A DNA stretch of 64,000 nt from an uncultured Erysipelotrichaceae bacterium (GTDB lineage: Bacteria > Bacillota_I > Bacilli_A > RF39 > UBA660), in contig CAOJRP010000003.1 in the NCBI GenBank assembly GCA_948442015.1, positions 19,609 to 83,608 of the forward strand, read 5' to 3'. This document shows, one piece after another, positions 45,359 to 54,844 of the stretch (positions are counted from its first letter, which is position 1; each line of letters starts with the position of its first letter). The position numbers and the translations under genes were made by a program. The notes under the pieces were generated by a model that saw nothing but the letters and a program-made list of their open reading frames with translations, did not search any database and was not told the origin of the DNA.

Positions 45359-47710
45359 TTATATTTTATAAAGTCTATTTCTCTTATCTCTAAAATAATA
45401 ACAAATATAGATTAAGATTATACTTAAAACTATTACTATTATAGATCCCATAAATCCTGTAACAGGATTCTCTTCTTCTTTTGGTACATAAGGATCAGGT
45501 ACATAAGTATTAGTTATTAAATACCCTTTCTCTTCACTTCCAACTATACTTGCTTTATAATTATCTACTTCTTCTTCAAAAACAGTATACTTTATAGCTT
45601 TTCCATCAACTTTAGTTGGCAAATTCAAAAATGTATAACTCCAATCATTTTCTTCATTTAGTTCTACTTCTTTTCCTACTAAAAACTCATCATTTCCTTT
45701 TAATCTTACTTTAACACTTTTTGGTCTTTTTCCATTATCATTATCTTCATCATCCCATCTTTTCTCTACAGTAACACTTATCCGATCAACATCCATATCT
45801 ATTCTCTTTATCCCATTATTTCCTAAATAACTTTTTACTTCTAAATCATTCCATGTTGTACTAATTAAATTAACTGCAGTATATGTTTCATTATTATCCT
45901 TTAAGGTATCACTCCCTATTGTTCTTTTATTTACTCCGCTTAAATACCAATAATTATAAATATCTTTTTTAACATTAGTTAAAGAATTAATGGCAATATA
46001 TTCCTCTATTACATCTTTATCTGTTCCTACTTTATAAATTCTATACTTAACATAATAAGTATTGTTTCCTAATGTATCTCCATTATATTTCACATAATTA
46101 CTACCATTTTTAATATACAAATAGCTCTCATCTTCATAAAAATATTTATTATTCATACTATATGGCTTATAATCTACTTCTGTTGTTCCATTACTCCCAC
46201 TTTGGTAATAATTAGAAAAAAATTTAACTCTTGCTATATTATCTTCTATCTTACCATTTTTCTTTATATAATCAATTAATTTCGTATCATAATTACGATA
46301 TAAGTCATAAATGTCTTTTTTGATATTACTTGAATATACTAAAGTTACTGGTTTTTTCTCTTGTAATGTTGTTGTATATACTGTCTTATCAGTTAAAAAC
46401 TTACTAGTTACATTATACATTGATATTGGTACCAAATTACTAGGTATTTCAACTTTTATTATGTCTCCTACTTCTTTATCACTACTTTTAGTTACTTCAA
46501 TAACTATTTTGCTTAAGCTACTAGCTTTATTAAAAACATCATTTACAGCATTCGAAAAAGTATATTTCTTAACATTGCCTTTTATAGATTCAGAAACATA
46601 TGTATAAACTGTTCCATTATAAGATAAAGCTTTAATTTTATTTACTTCCATGTAAGATCCTAGTTTATCTGTAAAAGTCAAATTACTTCCATTTTCCAAA
46701 ACATATCCTTTTCTTTGAATTGTTTTAATTATGTCTTTAAAAGCATTAGTTAAGTCTTCAGCTGTTTGTGGTATAAAATAATATGAATCTCCTGTTTTAT
46801 CTCCTAAAGAAGAAGTACTAGTTGCATTATTATAGTTTGATGATATTCCTTGTCCTACTTTATCCATTGAAGTTTCAAGTCCTCCTTTTGCATCTTCATT
46901 CATGACAATGGAAAACATACTAATATTATGATTATTTTTTATTTTTTTAGCTAACGCTATAGATGTATTTCCATCTGTACCTGAAGGTACTCCATCTAGA
47001 AAAGTAATAATTGAAGAATCAACATTTTCTCTTCCTTTTTCTGTTATTTGTTCAAGAGCTAAATTTAGTCCTTTACTACAATATGTTCCAGATGATGTTG
47101 TAACTCCATCAACCAAGGTTTGTAAAGTAGTTAAATTACTTGAATTAATTTCTTGCAAATCAAAGATTACCTTTGCAGCATTTACCCCAGAAAATCTTAT
47201 AAATGACACATGAAATTTTTCGTCTTCCATAGACAGACTACTATTAGCTTTAGCAATTATAGAAAGAAATTCTTTTATCGATCTTTGGCAAGCAGTAATT
47301 CTCCATATTTTTTCACTACCACTAGTTACATAATGATCATCCATTGAACCAGAAGCATCTAAAACAATAGCTATATCTTTAACATTTCCCTCTTTTATGT
47401 TTAAATCTATCCCTAAAGACGCTGCACTTAAACTTACTAAAAAATCCTCATCTTCATTCTTTTTTATATTTGTACCATCTAAATTTATATCACTAGAAAA
47501 AACTGATTTATCTGTCCAAACTTTTCCAACATTATTTTCATTAATAATATTAGTAAATGAATTTGACATTTCATCAACTATAGTTTCTTTAATATTTGTA
47601 TTTTCTTCATTGTTAGCATAAGAAGTTTCAATAAATAAGAAAAGAACTGTTAAAAATACAAAACATAAAGATAAATATTTAAAAACACTTACTTTATTTT
47701 TATTTATCAC
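45359..47710 (-). CDS. von Willebrand factor A domain adhesin with a CnaB domain and an NPVTG sorting-signal-like C-terminus
   Basis: A signal peptide. MIDAS DASGSM in IAIVLDASGSMDD. The CnaB module is VTVEKRWDDEDNDNGKRPKSVKVRL...YTVFEEEVDNY. The C-terminus is NPVTG + TM + RDKRNR. The GTG start follows a GAAGGTG SD. Confidence 0.8.
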   Translation of the reverse strand: MINKNKVSVFKYLSLCFVFLTVLFLFIETSYANNEENTNIKETIVDEMSNSFTNIINENNVGKVWTDKSVFSSDINLDGTNIKKNEDEDFLVSLSAASLGIDLNIKEGNVKDIAIVLDASGSMDDHYVTSGSEKIWRITACQRSIKEFLSIIAKANSSLSMEDEKFHVSFIRFSGVNAAKVIFDLQEINSSNLTTLQTLVDGVTTSSGTYCSKGLNLALEQITEKGRENVDSSIITFLDGVPSGTDGNTSIALAKKIKNNHNISMFSIVMNEDAKGGLETSMDKVGQGISSNYNNATSTSSLGDKTGDSYYFIPQTAEDLTNAFKDIIKTIQRKGYVLENGSNLTFTDKLGSYMEVNKIKALSYNGTVYTYVSESIKGNVKKYTFSNAVNDVFNKASSLSKIVIEVTKSSDKEVGDIIKVEIPSNLVPISMYNVTSKFLTDKTVYTTTLQEKKPVTLVYSSNIKKDIYDLYRNYDTKLIDYIKKNGKIEDNIARVKFFSNYYQSGSNGTTEVDYKPYSMNNKYFYEDESYLYIKNGSNYVKYNGDTLGNNTYYVKYRIYKVGTDKDVIEEYIAINSLTNVKKDIYNYWYLSGVNKRTIGSDTLKDNNETYTAVNLISTTWNDLEVKSYLGNNGIKRIDMDVDRISVTVEKRWDDEDNDNGKRPKSVKVRLKGNDEFLVGKEVELNEENDWSYTFLNLPTKVDGKAIKYTVFEEEVDNYKASIVGSEEKGYLITNTYVPDPYVPKEEENPVTGFMGSIIVIVLSIILIYICYYFRDKRNRLYKI

Positions 47711-47868
47711 CTTAAAACACCTTCACTACAATAAATATTGTAGCACAAAGCTAGTAAATATTCAATTTTAGTATACACTTATATGCAAAAACTTATGCAT
47801 TTTTTGCGTAAAATGTTGTCAACAGAAAATAAAACCTGTTTATGCAAATTTTACATTAATTTCTATTA

Positions 47869-49107
47869 TTATATCATGGCAATATAATATTTTTTCTTTC
47901 CTTTTCTAATAACAATAACTTGCTTATCAATAGCTAAATTTTCATCAATTATCATATTCTCATCTGATACTTTCTCATTATTAATAGAAATAGCGCCAGT
48001 ACTTAACATTTCTCTTGTTTCTCTTCTAGATGAACAAATATTGTTATTCACTAGAACTTCTATTAAAGTAGTCCCACTTTTTAACTTAAAAGTAGGTACA
48101 CCTTTAAAGCTACTAATTATATCACTTGCTTTAAGTTCTTTTATTTCACTACTAAATAGACATTCACTAATATGTTTTGCAATCTTATACTCTTCTTCAC
48201 CATGAATATCTGTAATAATACATCTTGCAAGTTCTTTTTGAGCTATTCTTAAATGTGGTTCCTCATTATGTTTTTTCATAGTATCAATTATTTCATCTGG
48301 TGTTAGGAATGTAAATACTTTTAAGTAATGCTCTACCATAGAATCATCAGTATTTATTAAATATTGATATAATTCATAACTTGAAGTTTTTTCTTTATCA
48401 AGCCATAAAGCATTACCTTCACTTTTACCAAACTTATTCCCACTAGCGTCTAAGATTAAAGGCATAGTAAAAGCATAAGCTTGACGACCAAGAACTTTTT
48501 TAATAAGATCAATACCAGTCGTAATATTGCCCCATTGATCACTGCCTTCAACTTGCATTATACAATCCATTTTTTGATACATATTTAAAAAATCATAACC
48601 TTGAATTAACATATAGCTAAATTCAGCATAAGTAATACCCGTTTCAAGTCTTCTATTAATTATATCTTTGTCTAACATATAGTTAACATTAATATATTTT
48701 CCTATATCTCTTAAGAAATCTAAAAACTCATATCCTTTAAACCAATCATAATTATCAACTAATTTTGCTTTGCCACCAAATAATTTATCAATTTGTTTTT
48801 TAATACCAACTATATTATTATTAAGAGTATCTATACTAATAATTTCTCTTTCAGCTGTTGGTCTTGGATCCCCAATTCTTCCTGTAGCACCACCACATAA
48901 TAAAATCGGTTTATGCCCCATTTTCATTAATCTTTTTGCAGTTACTAGCGAACTATAATGCCCAATATGTAAACTTGGTGCAGTTGGATCTGTACCCCAA
49001 TAAAAAGTAACACTTTCATTATTTATTTTATCCTCAATGTTATCTCCTGCAACGTCTTTTACAAGTCCTCTCCATATAAGTTCTTCCCAATTTGTCATTT
49101 TTTTCAT
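47869..49107 (-). CDS. tyrS: tyrosyl-tRNA synthetase
   Basis: HIGH motif (LHIGHY), KFGKS loop and a C-terminal S4 domain. The start is trimmed to MKKMTNWEEL (49107) after AGAAAGG. Confidence 0.95.
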   Translation of the reverse strand: MKKMTNWEELIWRGLVKDVAGDNIEDKINNESVTFYWGTDPTAPSLHIGHYSSLVTAKRLMKMGHKPILLCGGATGRIGDPRPTAEREIISIDTLNNNIVGIKKQIDKLFGGKAKLVDNYDWFKGYEFLDFLRDIGKYINVNYMLDKDIINRRLETGITYAEFSYMLIQGYDFLNMYQKMDCIMQVEGSDQWGNITTGIDLIKKVLGRQAYAFTMPLILDASGNKFGKSEGNALWLDKEKTSSYELYQYLINTDDSMVEHYLKVFTFLTPDEIIDTMKKHNEEPHLRIAQKELARCIITDIHGEEEYKIAKHISECLFSSEIKELKASDIISSFKGVPTFKLKSGTTLIEVLVNNNICSSRRETREMLSTGAISINNEKVSDENMIIDENLAIDKQVIVIRKGKKKYYIAMI

Positions 49108-49123
49108 AAAATCAAACCTTTCT

Positions 49124-49258
49124 AAAATAAAAAACATCCATACCATAAGGACGAAATTCTCGCGGTACCACCTTATTTTATGAATGTATCATACACTTTA
49201 ATTCTTAACGCGAATTCTCGATTTAGCTCCAGAGTCGTAAATTCCTTCATCACTAATT
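49124..49258 (-). promoter_or_regulatory. T-box leader upstream of tyrS
   Basis: The minus-strand RNA has the T-box sequence AAGGUGGUACCGCG (49161-49174). A 16-bp terminator helix with 2 mismatches (CAUUCAUAAAAUAAGG / CCUUAUGGUAUGGAUG) precedes a U-run. An AGUGAUGA K-turn-like motif sits near the 5' end. Confidence 0.8.
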
Positions 49259-49264
49259 GTTATA

Positions 49265-49293
49265 ATTATATGCATTTATATTCTATCTGTCAA
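49265..49293 (-). promoter_or_regulatory. consensus sigma-A promoter for the tyrS leader
   Basis: TTGACA (49288-49293), a 17-nt spacer, then TATAAT (49265-49270) on the minus strand. The -35 box overlaps the last codons of the upstream gene. Confidence 0.65.
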
Positions 49294-51199
49294 ATATATT
49301 TTTTATTTTTTCTCCTATACTTCTAAAGAATGAACCAATTACACTTAAGTTGAAATATACTTTATAACCCATAAGTCTTAAAATAATATAACCAATTACA
49401 ACAATAATTAATATTATAAGAACAATTATTAAGAATACATTAGTACCTTCTTTAACTCCATCAATTTCAATATAATATTTTGTTTCAGAGCCATCTTCGG
49501 CAGTAACAACAATTTCTATTTCACTACCTAGTTTTAAATCTTCATTCCCTTTAATAGTTACTGTACTTAAACTATCTTCAGGAGTAACTGTAATATTTAA
49601 TTTTGATTCATTTTTGTTTAAAGTAATATTATATCTTTCTTGCGATTGCTCAAATTTAATATTATGCTTTTCAATTTTAATATCAGATACTTCACTATTA
49701 TTAGAAACATTATTATTTTCTTCTTTTCTTATAACATTAACTATATAGTTTCTTGAAAAGTTATGGGCTGTATCTTCCACATTAACTATTATTTGTGACT
49801 CAACATCAACAACTAAATTATCTCCTCCAACAATAGTGACAATATCATTAGAGTTTTTAGGCTTTGCTGTTGCAATCACTTGTGTAACTTCATAATTAAC
49901 ATAAACTGTATATTCAAAAGTTTTACTATCAAAAGCTAAGTTTCCTTCACTTAATTCTAGTGTCTCTAACAAAGCTAGTTCACTATCATCAATTGGAGCT
50001 GGTGTATCTGTATTTGATTCTCTTACAATTCTTATAGTATAAGTTTTAGTTGCTCCAGATTCGGCTTTAACTTTAATAGCTACATCATTATTACCTTCTT
50101 TTAGTTCCACACTACGAGGTCCAAAACCACTTACAAAGCTCGCTTTACTATCTTTAATTGTCGCTTCAACGGATGCACTTGTTGTACTATATGGGGCATT
50201 GACCGTATAATTAACAGTTGCAGGATTAAATGATGGACTTAAAGACCCAGCATCAGTATTTAAGGATGCTAAAGTATTATCTTTACTACGATTATCAATT
50301 CTAGTAACTTTAATTGTATAAATTGTTTCAGCACCTGTCCTACTCTTAATTCTTACTTGAATATTATTAACTCCATAATTAAGTTTTACTGTTCTACTTC
50401 CATATCCTTCAACAAAAGATGAACCATCACTATTTAATGTTGCTTCAACATTAATAGCTGAAACATTAACGGATGCTGAATAATTATAAGTAGTTGCTTT
50501 AAAAGCTGGAGATAATGTTCCACTAGAAATTTTCAAATTACTTAAATAAGAAGTAACAACTTCAGGACTTTCAGTACTCGTTTTTTGGCAAGTGTAGTTA
50601 TAAACTCTTGAACAATACTTAGCTCCTAAATTATATTGAGATAAAACTTGATTAGTTACTGTTGAACAATGATCATTAGTATTAAGTGCCGTTAGAGCAT
50701 AACCATCAGCACAACTAAATAAACCTGGAGAAATAGCTTGTAAGCCATTAGTTGAACTATAAACAAAACATTTTTCAAATTGACCAATACCTGTGGCATT
50801 TGTTGGAGCTTTCTGGTCTGTACAAGAATTACTTATGGTAATGGATGCTGGACTACTTAAATTACCAGCGGCATCTTTAACCCAAACATATTGGGTTCCA
50901 TTCATCGCACTAACATTAATTGTTGTTGCTGTTGTTTTATAGTAAACAGAAGTATTAAAACTTGCTCCAACATAATATCCATCAATGGCACTAGAACCTT
51001 GATTAGCTACTATCTGTATAACATCAGCATTATTAATAGCTTTAACACTTTTTATAGATGAACCAGTTCCTTGTTTATAATTTACAGCTTCTATATTACT
51101 ATAATTTATTTTTCCTTCATCTAAAGAACTACTACAAAATGTAACAAAAGCTATTAAAAAAATAAATATCCATTTAAAAATACGATTATTATTTCTCAT
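49283..51199 (-). CDS. surface protein with cadherin-like beta-sandwich repeats and a C-terminal TM anchor
   Basis: Repeats of the type LSNLKISSGTLSPAFKATTYNYSASV / LASLNTDAGSLSPSFNPATVNYTV. The start is trimmed to MRNNNRIFKW (51199) after an AAGGTG SD. Confidence 0.7.
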   Translation of the reverse strand: MRNNNRIFKWIFIFLIAFVTFCSSSLDEGKINYSNIEAVNYKQGTGSSIKSVKAINNADVIQIVANQGSSAIDGYYVGASFNTSVYYKTTATTINVSAMNGTQYVWVKDAAGNLSSPASITISNSCTDQKAPTNATGIGQFEKCFVYSSTNGLQAISPGLFSCADGYALTALNTNDHCSTVTNQVLSQYNLGAKYCSRVYNYTCQKTSTESPEVVTSYLSNLKISSGTLSPAFKATTYNYSASVNVSAINVEATLNSDGSSFVEGYGSRTVKLNYGVNNIQVRIKSRTGAETIYTIKVTRIDNRSKDNTLASLNTDAGSLSPSFNPATVNYTVNAPYSTTSASVEATIKDSKASFVSGFGPRSVELKEGNNDVAIKVKAESGATKTYTIRIVRESNTDTPAPIDDSELALLETLELSEGNLAFDSKTFEYTVYVNYEVTQVIATAKPKNSNDIVTIVGGDNLVVDVESQIIVNVEDTAHNFSRNYIVNVIRKEENNNVSNNSEVSDIKIEKHNIKFEQSQERYNITLNKNESKLNITVTPEDSLSTVTIKGNEDLKLGSEIEIVVTAEDGSETKYYIEIDGVKEGTNVFLIIVLIILIIVVIGYIILRLMGYKVYFNLSVIGSFFRSIGEKIKNIFDR

Positions 51200-51281
51200 A
51201 CAAAAACACCTTATCCTTATTACTATAATAATATCATTATTAAAAAAAATAAGCAATAAAAAATAGGCATTTAGATACCTA

Positions 51282-51719
51282 TTATTTAGCAAGCTTTTTA
51301 GTTTTTGAAGTTTTTTCTGTTCCTTCTAGTTTAGCTGTTGCATCTTTTAAAACAGCTATTGCTTTACTTTTTATTTCTTCTGCTGCTTTTTCAACAACAG
51401 GTTCAGCTTTTTCTTTAGCAAGTTTAATTAATTCATCAGCTTTTTTGACAATATTATTAGCTTGTTCTTTAGCAATTTCCATAACTTTTTCTTTGTCTAG
51501 AGATTTTAATTCTTTTTTGATTTCATTTATTTTTTTAGTTAATTCTCTTTTAACTTCATTTTTATCAATATTCTTGATATAATTTGCAGCATCTTCTACT
51601 TTGCTTTTTAGTTGCTTTCTAGTTTCTTTTCCAGAAGCTGGAGCAAATAAAACACCTAAGCCAACACCTAAAGCAATACCACCAATGAATTTTCCTATCC
51701 CGTTATTTTTTTTATTCAT
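51282..51719 (-). CDS. YtxH-domain protein
   Basis: GKFIGGIALGVGLGVLFAPASGKETRKQLK is the YtxH signature. The start follows a GAGGTGGA SD. Confidence 0.75.
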   Translation of the reverse strand: MNKKNNGIGKFIGGIALGVGLGVLFAPASGKETRKQLKSKVEDAANYIKNIDKNEVKRELTKKINEIKKELKSLDKEKVMEIAKEQANNIVKKADELIKLAKEKAEPVVEKAAEEIKSKAIAVLKDATAKLEGTEKTSKTKKLAK

Positions 51720-52017
51720 CTTCTTCCACCTCACTTTCAATTTTCTTCTTTTTCTTGGAAAATACTCTTCCTATTAAACCAGATATGCCGTCTGTAATCA
51801 TATCTGTAATAGAAACAATCTTATCTGTAGTAAAGTCAATTATACTAAATAAACCATTTAAAGACTCAATCTTGTCATTGACATCATTTACTACTTGGTC
51901 TACTTTATTAATAGTTTTAATTAACCTTACACCTAATATTATGCTTACAATTAAAAGAATTATAAGTAAAATATTAATTAAAACTGGTAAAAAAATTTCT
52001 AAAAATTCTAAAAACAT
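51712..52017 (-). CDS. DUF948-like membrane protein
   Basis: An N-terminal TM helix plus coiled coil. It is the usual partner of YtxH. The start overlaps the upstream stop (TAATG). Confidence 0.6.
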   Translation of the reverse strand: MFLEFLEIFLPVLINILLIILLIVSIILGVRLIKTINKVDQVVNDVNDKIESLNGLFSIIDFTTDKIVSITDMITDGISGLIGRVFSKKKKKIESEVEEDE

Positions 52018-53087
52018 TATTTATCTTCCTCTCTATTTTCATACATTGAATCAATTAAATTAAATAAATCAGTTTCTGTTGTATCTTCTAATAACTCTTT
52101 ATTTGCTTTAACATCATCAAGCTCATCTTCTATATCATCTAGCATTTTAATTGTGTCAGTTTTTTCCAAAATGGAACTATCTTCCACTTTTTGTTCATTA
52201 TCTGAGTTTTCTTCGCTCAAGTCTTCAAAAGAAGGTAATTCTATTTCATCATTATCTAAAATAGGTTCTTCTATTTCTTGATAATCATCATCTTCTTTTT
52301 CTTCTTCCACATTTTCTTCTAGTAAATCTTCAACATTTGAGCTTTCACCACTCATTATTGGAATTTCAATTTCTTCATCTAAAGAAATCATTTCATCTAT
52401 GGAATCTGTTAAAATTTCATCAATACTTCGTTCATCTTGTTTTTCTTCTTTTACAATAGTCTTTTCTTCTCCTAAAGAACTTTCAATATCATCAACTAAA
52501 GTCCCAAAAGCTTTTTTTCTTACTGTTTCCACACTTACTTCTTCAAAAGTAGTTACTATATCATTTCCTTTTTCAATAATATCTTCTTTTTTATAGTTTT
52601 TATCTAAAATACCATATACTGGAGATATAACAGGGGATGGCTTAAATCTTTTTGGTGCCTCTGTTCTTCTTGGCTCTTCCTTCTTTTTCGGATTTTGTTT
52701 TTCCTTCTCTTGCTTTTCATGTTTTTCTTGTTTTATTTGTTTTTCTTCATTTTCCTTTATTTTTGCATTAACTCGTTCAAATTCATCCTCATCAAAAGAT
52801 AAAAATGGGCTTTTGTTTTCTTCTTCTTTTTCTGAAGATAAAGGTATTTCTTGAGTTTTAACATCATCATTAGATACATCAATTTCTATATCTCTTTTAA
52901 CGTTTCTAAATCTACTAATATTATCTCTTGGAGGCACAACATCAATCTCTTCTGTATCAAAAGAAGGTGGATTATACCTTTGTTCTCGCAAATTTTTCGG
53001 TTCTTCCTCTGTTTTTTTAGTTATTACTGGTATTTCAACCTCTTCTTCTTCAAATAAAACATTTTTTAACTTACTAAATAGTCCCAT
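52017..53087 (-). CDS. highly acidic Glu/Asp/Lys-rich protein
   Basis: 356 aa. It has the N-terminus MGLFSKLKNVLFEEEE and an internal PSPVISPVYGIL motif. No family assignment. Confidence 0.5.
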   Translation of the reverse strand: MGLFSKLKNVLFEEEEVEIPVITKKTEEEPKNLREQRYNPPSFDTEEIDVVPPRDNISRFRNVKRDIEIDVSNDDVKTQEIPLSSEKEEENKSPFLSFDEDEFERVNAKIKENEEKQIKQEKHEKQEKEKQNPKKKEEPRRTEAPKRFKPSPVISPVYGILDKNYKKEDIIEKGNDIVTTFEEVSVETVRKKAFGTLVDDIESSLGEEKTIVKEEKQDERSIDEILTDSIDEMISLDEEIEIPIMSGESSNVEDLLEENVEEEKEDDDYQEIEEPILDNDEIELPSFEDLSEENSDNEQKVEDSSILEKTDTIKMLDDIEDELDDVKANKELLEDTTETDLFNLIDSMYENREEDK

Positions 53088-53100
53088 TCTTACACCATCC

Positions 53101-53742
53101 TTATTTTATCAAATCAGTATCATGAATTACATCACTCGGTTCTTCATACACATCTTTCTCTACTAACTCTAAATAATTACTTTCATGAGTAGTCTTAAAT
53201 ATATTATATTCAAGTTCACTAAATGAAGATAATTCTTCCCCGATAATTTTTTCAACCATTGTATCATTATAATCAATAGAAGATAAGATACTAATGGCAT
53301 TAGCTACAGTAACATTAATATCATTTTTTCTTACTATTACTTCTATTTTAGCATAATTATACATGATTTCAATAAGATATTTGTTATCTTTAATTAATTT
53401 TATTTCTAAATACCCATATTTATCTTTAAAATCAATAGCTTCGGAATAATAAACATCATCTCGAGATTCAAACTTTTCAATTACTTTATTGTAGTAACTG
53501 GTTAAATCGACAAAAAAGTAATAGGTATAATCGCCACTTTTAATCCGTTCATTATAGTCATTTTGGTTAGTAATTCGAAGTCCTTTAGGTAAATAATATT
53601 TATAGCCACTTCGATGTTCACTTGCTAGAGTTAAATTAGAATTTAAGTTTTTATCAATTATTTCTTCTAAAGACATCTTTTGAACACTAGTACACCCAGT
53701 AAGCAATAATATCATTATAAGAACAAGGACAATCTTTTTCAT
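53101..53742 (-). CDS. lipoprotein
   Basis: Signal peptide with the lipobox LLLTGC. Confidence 0.65.
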   Translation of the reverse strand: MKKIVLVLIMILLLTGCTSVQKMSLEEIIDKNLNSNLTLASEHRSGYKYYLPKGLRITNQNDYNERIKSGDYTYYFFVDLTSYYNKVIEKFESRDDVYYSEAIDFKDKYGYLEIKLIKDNKYLIEIMYNYAKIEVIVRKNDINVTVANAISILSSIDYNDTMVEKIIGEELSSFSELEYNIFKTTHESNYLELVEKDVYEEPSDVIHDTDLIK

Positions 53743-53799
53743 ACCTTTCCTCCATACCTACTTTCAAAATTATATCATTTTTTTTCTATTTTTTAAACT

Positions 53800-54432
53800 T
53801 TATTTTTTGACCGCCTTTAGATAGTTGATTTTGACACCATTTTTCATGAATTTTTCTTCATATTCTGTAGCAATATTAAAGATGTTTTCTTCTTTTTCTA
53901 AGTCAAGTGAATACTCTTCTATCTTGTATCCATGATTACATAAATAAATTATAGAACTTATAAATAAATCTGTATTATCTGTTTTTTGAATAATAGTTGG
54001 AGTTGTTAAAAAGAGTTTATCATAAACATTCAAAAATAATGGGGAAGTAAGTCTTCTTTTATGGTGTTTTTTCTTAGGCCATGGGTCAGAAAAGTTAAGA
54101 TAGATTGTACTAATTTCATAATCAAAAACTTTATCTAAAGCAAAGGCATCCCAAACCATAAATTTTAAATTAGTAATGTTTTTATCACTCACTTTTTGGA
54201 TAGCTCTTACTAAGATACTTTCTTTCATTTCCACCCCAATAAAATTAATATCTGGATAAGTCTTAGCCATTAAAATCAAAAACTGCCCTTTACCAGTTCC
54301 AATTTCTAAATGAATAGGTGCATCATTACCAAACAACTCTTTATAATTACCCTTATATTTAGTAGGTTCACTAATAAAATATGGGCTACTCTCTAATATT
54401 TCTCTTGCATTTTTAACATTTCTTAAACGCAT
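53800..54432 (-). CDS. trmB: tRNA (guanine-N7)-methyltransferase
   Basis: LEIGTGKGQF SAM motif, FSDPWPKKKHHKRR, and 210 aa. Confidence 0.9.
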   Translation of the reverse strand: MRLRNVKNAREILESSPYFISEPTKYKGNYKELFGNDAPIHLEIGTGKGQFLILMAKTYPDINFIGVEMKESILVRAIQKVSDKNITNLKFMVWDAFALDKVFDYEISTIYLNFSDPWPKKKHHKRRLTSPLFLNVYDKLFLTTPTIIQKTDNTDLFISSIIYLCNHGYKIEEYSLDLEKEENIFNIATEYEEKFMKNGVKINYLKAVKK

Positions 54433-54488
54433 TTTATCACTTCTTTCTTTAATAAAACATATACTTTAACTAAGGGAGGGAAACACCC

Positions 54489-54842
54489 ATGAAAAAAGAT
54501 AGGAATACTTTTTTTTCAAGTGCTAATATGTCACAATCTAGCTATATGCCTAATATGATGCCAAATATGGCACCAAATGCTATGCCAAATAATTTTGCTC
54601 CTTATCAAGAAGCTCAAGCCTCACAAAGTTTTTATGCAGGACCTAACCCAAACGCTAATATGTATAATAACAACTCATACGATACAAGTTACTCTGAATT
54701 AGATAATCGTTTAGCTAAAATAGAAAGGCAAATAAATAGGTTGGACTCTAGAATAACAAGATTAGAAAATGCTAGTAATATCGGTAATGTAACTAATAAT
54801 ATTACAGAATCTAATTATTCTAACTCAATGTATATGGTTTAA
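54489..54842 (+). CDS. Asn/Met/Pro-rich protein with a C-terminal coiled coil
   Basis: MPNMMPNMAPNAMPNNFAPYQ repeats, then LDNRLAKIERQINRLDSRITRLE. A GGGAGGG SD lies upstream. Confidence 0.5.
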   Translation: MKKDRNTFFSSANMSQSSYMPNMMPNMAPNAMPNNFAPYQEAQASQSFYAGPNPNANMYNNNSYDTSYSELDNRLAKIERQINRLDSRITRLENASNIGNVTNNITESNYSNSMYMV

Positions 54843-54844
54843 TT

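Noticed and set aside
52017-53087. The acidic protein as SepF.
   Set aside because: Only the N-terminal amphipathic helix resembles SepF. The conserved C-terminal SepF/DUF552 core is not visible.
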